From contig CP182352.1 in assembly GCA_048571215.1 (NCBI GenBank), forward strand, positions 1,088,001 through 1,152,000: a stretch of DNA of 64,000 bases, read 5' to 3'. Shown here in pieces: positions 60,680-64,000 of this stretch. Source of the stretch: Halarcobacter sp. Its GTDB lineage: Bacteria; Campylobacterota; Campylobacteria; Campylobacterales; Arcobacteraceae. The notes below the pieces were generated by a model, which was given only the letters and a program-made list of their open reading frames with translations, was not told where the DNA came from and searched no databases. The position numbers and the translations under genes are program-made. Position 1 is the first letter of the stretch, and each line of letters opens with the position of its first letter.

Positions 60680-61681
60680 ATGATTGTAAGTATATGTATA
60701 CCAACACTAAATAGATCTAAATATTTAGAAATAGCATTAAAATCAATATTTTCATTGAAACATAATCAAGATAATTTTCAAATATGTATATCAAATAATA
60801 ATTCAGATGAAGATTATACAAATATTGAAAATTTAATAACTAAGAATAGTAAAGAATGGAAAATAAAATATAAAAAACATGATAAAAGATTAGAGTTAGA
60901 TAATAATATACAATATGTAACTTCTATGGCAGAGGGGGAATATGTATACTATTTAGGAGATGATGATTTATTTATTACAGAAGATTTAATAAAATTATTG
61001 AATTTACTTCAAAAAGAAAAACCAGATTTATTAGTTTTTAATTCAAATGTTATAAATAAAGATGGAGAAATAATTTCTATTTGTAATAATTTTGAATTAA
61101 AAAAATATACCAATGCTTTTGACGCATTTAAAGATTTGCAAACAAAATGTACATTTGGTTCTATATTAGTAAAAAGAGTGCATTTAGATCTTGAAGAGTT
61201 TAAAAGATATTATGGTTCATCACATGCATATGGATATGTATATTGGATAAAGTTTTTGAATGAAGATAAAAAATACAATATAGTTGTACCAGACTTCCCA
61301 TGTTCATGCATAAGAGCTGCAGAGAAGAATTATAATTTTATTAAAGTTTGGTATAGAGATATACCATTTGGATTATCTATTTATTTTAGATATCTTGAAG
61401 CACCAGAAAATAAATTATATGTCTACAATGTATTAAAAAAAATCAAAAAGTATATTTTTAGTGTGAAGTTTATTGCACGAGAATTATATAATGGCGCTAA
61501 ACGAAATGATTTTTATGTTATAAATCCAGTTTTTACAAATTCTATTAGATTTAATTTAAATTATTTAATTGCATTTTTTATTGTAAAGGTTAAGATTTAT
61601 ACATTTTTAAAAAAGATTAAAATAAAGGTAAAAAATGAAAGTTGTATTACTAGCAGGTGGATTAGGAACAAGAATAAGTGA
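60680..61681 (+). CDS. GT2 glycosyltransferase (possibly dideoxyhexose transferase)
   Basis: VSICIPTLNR, ISNNNSDE, AEGEYVYYLGDDD; lies next to the CDP-sugar genes. Confidence 0.82.
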   Translation: MIVSICIPTLNRSKYLEIALKSIFSLKHNQDNFQICISNNNSDEDYTNIENLITKNSKEWKIKYKKHDKRLELDNNIQYVTSMAEGEYVYYLGDDDLFITEDLIKLLNLLQKEKPDLLVFNSNVINKDGEIISICNNFELKKYTNAFDAFKDLQTKCTFGSILVKRVHLDLEEFKRYYGSSHAYGYVYWIKFLNEDKKYNIVVPDFPCSCIRAAEKNYNFIKVWYRDIPFGLSIYFRYLEAPENKLYVYNVLKKIKKYIFSVKFIARELYNGAKRNDFYVINPVFTNSIRFNLNYLIAFFIVKVKIYTFLKKIKIKVKNESCITSRWIRNKNK

Positions 61682-62408
61682 AGAGACAGGTATTCGACCT
61701 AAACCAATGGTTGAAATAGGAGGGAAGCCTATATTATGGCATATAATGAAGATATATTCAAAATATGGTTTTAATGAATTTGTAATATTACTAGGGTATA
61801 AAGGGTATTATATAAAAGAATACTTTGCAAATTATTTTCTTCATCAAAGTGATGTTACAATTGATATGAAAAATGGTAAGATGGAAGTATTAAATAATAG
61901 TAGTGAACCATGGGAAGTGACACTTCTTGATACAGGATTTGATAGTATGACAGGTGGCAGAATAAAAAGGGCTCAATCATTTATTGGAAATGAACCTTTT
62001 ATGTTAACTTATGGAGATGGTGTAAGTGATATAAATATAAAAGAACTTATAGCTTTTCATAAAGCACATGGAAAAGCATTAACAATGACATCAGTACAAC
62101 CAGCAGGAAGATTTGGTGCGTTAAATATAGATGAAAAAAATAGAGTTCATGAGTTTAAAGAAAAACCAAAAGGTGATTGGGCATGGATTAATGCTGGTTT
62201 TTTTATATGTGAACCAAAAGTGTTTGATTATATACTAGAAGGGGATAGTACTGTATTTGAGCAAGAGCCATTACAAGGTTTAGCACGAGATGGGGAAATT
62301 TATACATATAAACATGAAGGTTTTTGGAAACCCATAGATACTTTAAAAGATAAGAATGATTTAAATAAAATGTGGAATGGAAACAATGCCCCATGGAAAG
62401 TATGGTAA
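61635..62408 (+). CDS. rfbF: Glucose-1-phosphate cytidylyltransferase
   Basis: LAGGLGTRISEET..PKPMVEIGGKPILWHIMK, MTGGRIK, LTYGDGV, INAGFF. Confidence 0.95.
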   Translation: MKVVLLAGGLGTRISEETGIRPKPMVEIGGKPILWHIMKIYSKYGFNEFVILLGYKGYYIKEYFANYFLHQSDVTIDMKNGKMEVLNNSSEPWEVTLLDTGFDSMTGGRIKRAQSFIGNEPFMLTYGDGVSDINIKELIAFHKAHGKALTMTSVQPAGRFGALNIDEKNRVHEFKEKPKGDWAWINAGFFICEPKVFDYILEGDSTVFEQEPLQGLARDGEIYTYKHEGFWKPIDTLKDKNDLNKMWNGNNAPWKVW

Positions 62409-63508
62409 TAGAAAATTTATTTGGTGGAATATATAAAAATAAAACAGTATTAGTTACTGGACATACAGGATTTAAAGGTTCATGGCTTGTATATTGGCTT
62501 ACTCAAATGGGAGCAAATGTAATAGGGTATTCTCTTGAAGCAGCAACTAATCCTAATCATATTTCACTTTTAGATATTGATATAATATCTGTAATAGGTG
62601 ATATAAGAGATTTAGGTAAACTTGATGAAACTTTCAAACAATATAAACCAGATATTGTTTTTCATCTAGCAGCCCAACCTTTGGTGAGACTTTCTTATGA
62701 AAACCCTATAGAAACATATGAAACAAATGTTATAGGAACTCTCAAAGTTTTTGAAGCATGTAGAAAACACAATGTAAAAGCTATAGTAAATATTACAAGT
62801 GATAAAGCTTATGAAAATAAAGAATGGATTTGGGGATATAGAGAAGATGATCCAATGGGTGGATATGATCCATATAGCTCATCTAAAGGGTGCGCAGATC
62901 TTTTAGCAAGTTCTTATAGAAACTCTTATTTCAATTTAAATGACTACAGATCTAAACACAATACACTATTAGCTACTTGTAGAGCAGGAAATGTTATAGG
63001 TGGTGGTGATTGGGCAAAAGACAGACTTATAACTGACATTATGGTTTCCGTTTCACAAAATAAAAAAGTAAATATACGAAATCCAAAAGCTACAAGACCT
63101 TGGGAACATGTACTTGAACCACTTAGTGGATATTTACATATTGGACAAAAACTACTAGAAGAAAAAAAAGAGTTTGCAGAAGCTTGGAACTTTGGACCAA
63201 GTGATGAAGGAAGTATTACAGTTGAAGAAGTAGTTCAAAATGTTAAAAAACATTGGGATAAAATAGATTATGAAATAAATCGTGACCCAAATCAACTTCA
63301 TGAAGCAAATCTTTTAAAGCTAGACTGTTCTAAAGTACATATTCAATTAAAATGGAAAGATGTTTGGGACAGTGATAAGACATTTGAAAAAACTGTAAAG
63401 TGGTATAAAACTTATTATGAAGAAAACAAAAAAGTTTTAACTGAGAGTGATTTGGAGTCTTATATACAAGATGCAAAGGCAAAAAAAATAGAATGGGCGA
63501 TTGTCTGA
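62402..63508 (+). CDS. rfbG: CDP-glucose 4,6-dehydratase
   Basis: VTGHTGFKGSWL, HLAAQPLVR, TSDKAY, GGYDPYSSSK, RAGNVIGGGDW. Start probably ATG 62402 overlapping the rfbF stop (ORF track gives 62372). Confidence 0.95.
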   Translation: MVIENLFGGIYKNKTVLVTGHTGFKGSWLVYWLTQMGANVIGYSLEAATNPNHISLLDIDIISVIGDIRDLGKLDETFKQYKPDIVFHLAAQPLVRLSYENPIETYETNVIGTLKVFEACRKHNVKAIVNITSDKAYENKEWIWGYREDDPMGGYDPYSSSKGCADLLASSYRNSYFNLNDYRSKHNTLLATCRAGNVIGGGDWAKDRLITDIMVSVSQNKKVNIRNPKATRPWEHVLEPLSGYLHIGQKLLEEKKEFAEAWNFGPSDEGSITVEEVVQNVKKHWDKIDYEINRDPNQLHEANLLKLDCSKVHIQLKWKDVWDSDKTFEKTVKWYKTYYEENKKVLTESDLESYIQDAKAKKIEWAIV

Positions 63509-64000
63509 TGAGTAAAAAATTTAAAAGTTTAACTATAATAATTACAAATCTTGCGATTTTCTTTTTATTAATTGGGATAATTATTAGTTTTCCTATTTTT
63601 ACATATAATTTTTATAAATTATTTACTAGCGAAGATAAAAAGTCTAAAAACTATAATTATCAAAACCCTAAAATAATAAAAGAAACAGATGGTTTAAAAC
63701 AAAAATTTTCAGATACTGAAGGTCTTATATATGTAAAATATACTGGAAAATATGTGAATATAGATAAAATTGGAAATCGTAAGACTGATTTATCTGAGGA
63801 AATTTTGTTAGACCAAGCAGAATATTTTTTCTTTGGTCCATCAGTGATTTGGGGGTATGGAGAGGAAGATAAAAAAACTATTCCATCAATTTTTTCTCAA
63901 ACAAATAATGTTTTTGTTAAAAACTTTTCTTCAAATGGATACACTAGTCATTATTCATTGAGTAAATTAATTAATTTTTATATAGATAATCCTAAATCAG
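63508..64000 (+). CDS. Partial membrane-anchored SGNH-like protein, paralogue of 48694-49725 (runs off the window)
   Basis: Open from ATG 63508 to the end: MSKKFKSL...FFFGPSVIWGYGEEDKKTIPSIFSQ...NGYTSHYSLSKLINFYIDNP. Confidence 0.8.
   Translation, partial: MSKKFKSLTIIITNLAIFFLLIGIIISFPIFTYNFYKLFTSEDKKSKNYNYQNPKIIKETDGLKQKFSDTEGLIYVKYTGKYVNIDKIGNRKTDLSEEILLDQAEYFFFGPSVIWGYGEEDKKTIPSIFSQTNNVFVKNFSSNGYTSHYSLSKLINFYIDNPKS

Noticed and set aside
61635..61681. 47-bp overlap of GT2 with rfbF as a regulatory feature
   Set aside because: More simply a lost or shifted stop codon extending the GT2 tail; no supporting structure seen.

Overview
AT-rich window, probably from a Campylobacterota (Arcobacter-like) chromosome (inferred from composition and gene content). 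All credible genes are on the + strand. (1) 1-45486 is a giant-adhesin type I secretion locus. It opens with a >9,300-codon RTX/beta-roll protein that runs in from beyond the left edge, is broken by one +1 frameshift at a G7 tract (6109-6115) and carries a 3.1-kb near-identical higher-order S/T-rich repeat. Behind it lie a FkbM methyltransferase, a TPR-glycosyltransferase, a LapB/LssB-type ABC transporter, HlyD, a Cache-like membrane sensor with no output domain, a SiiB/SiiA-like (MotA/MotB-type) ion-channel pair, a 1505-aa TolC fused to four SPOR-like domains and a TolA-like helical stalk, a degenerate LapD-like GGDEF-EAL protein, a lipoprotein and a Sel1 protein. This combination is the best candidate for an undescribed system. 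(2) 45574-45649 is tRNA-Glu(TTC) with an unusual anticodon loop, followed by an IS3 remnant. (3) 46275-64000 is a mosaic surface-polysaccharide locus: glycosyltransferases, SGNH/MBOAT O-acylation, an SxtJ-SxtK-SxtI-like carbamoylation triad, CDP-3,6-dideoxyhexose genes, sulfotransferase, methyltransferase, Wzx and several deletion scars. Family assignments come from motif recognition by eye; no searches were run.
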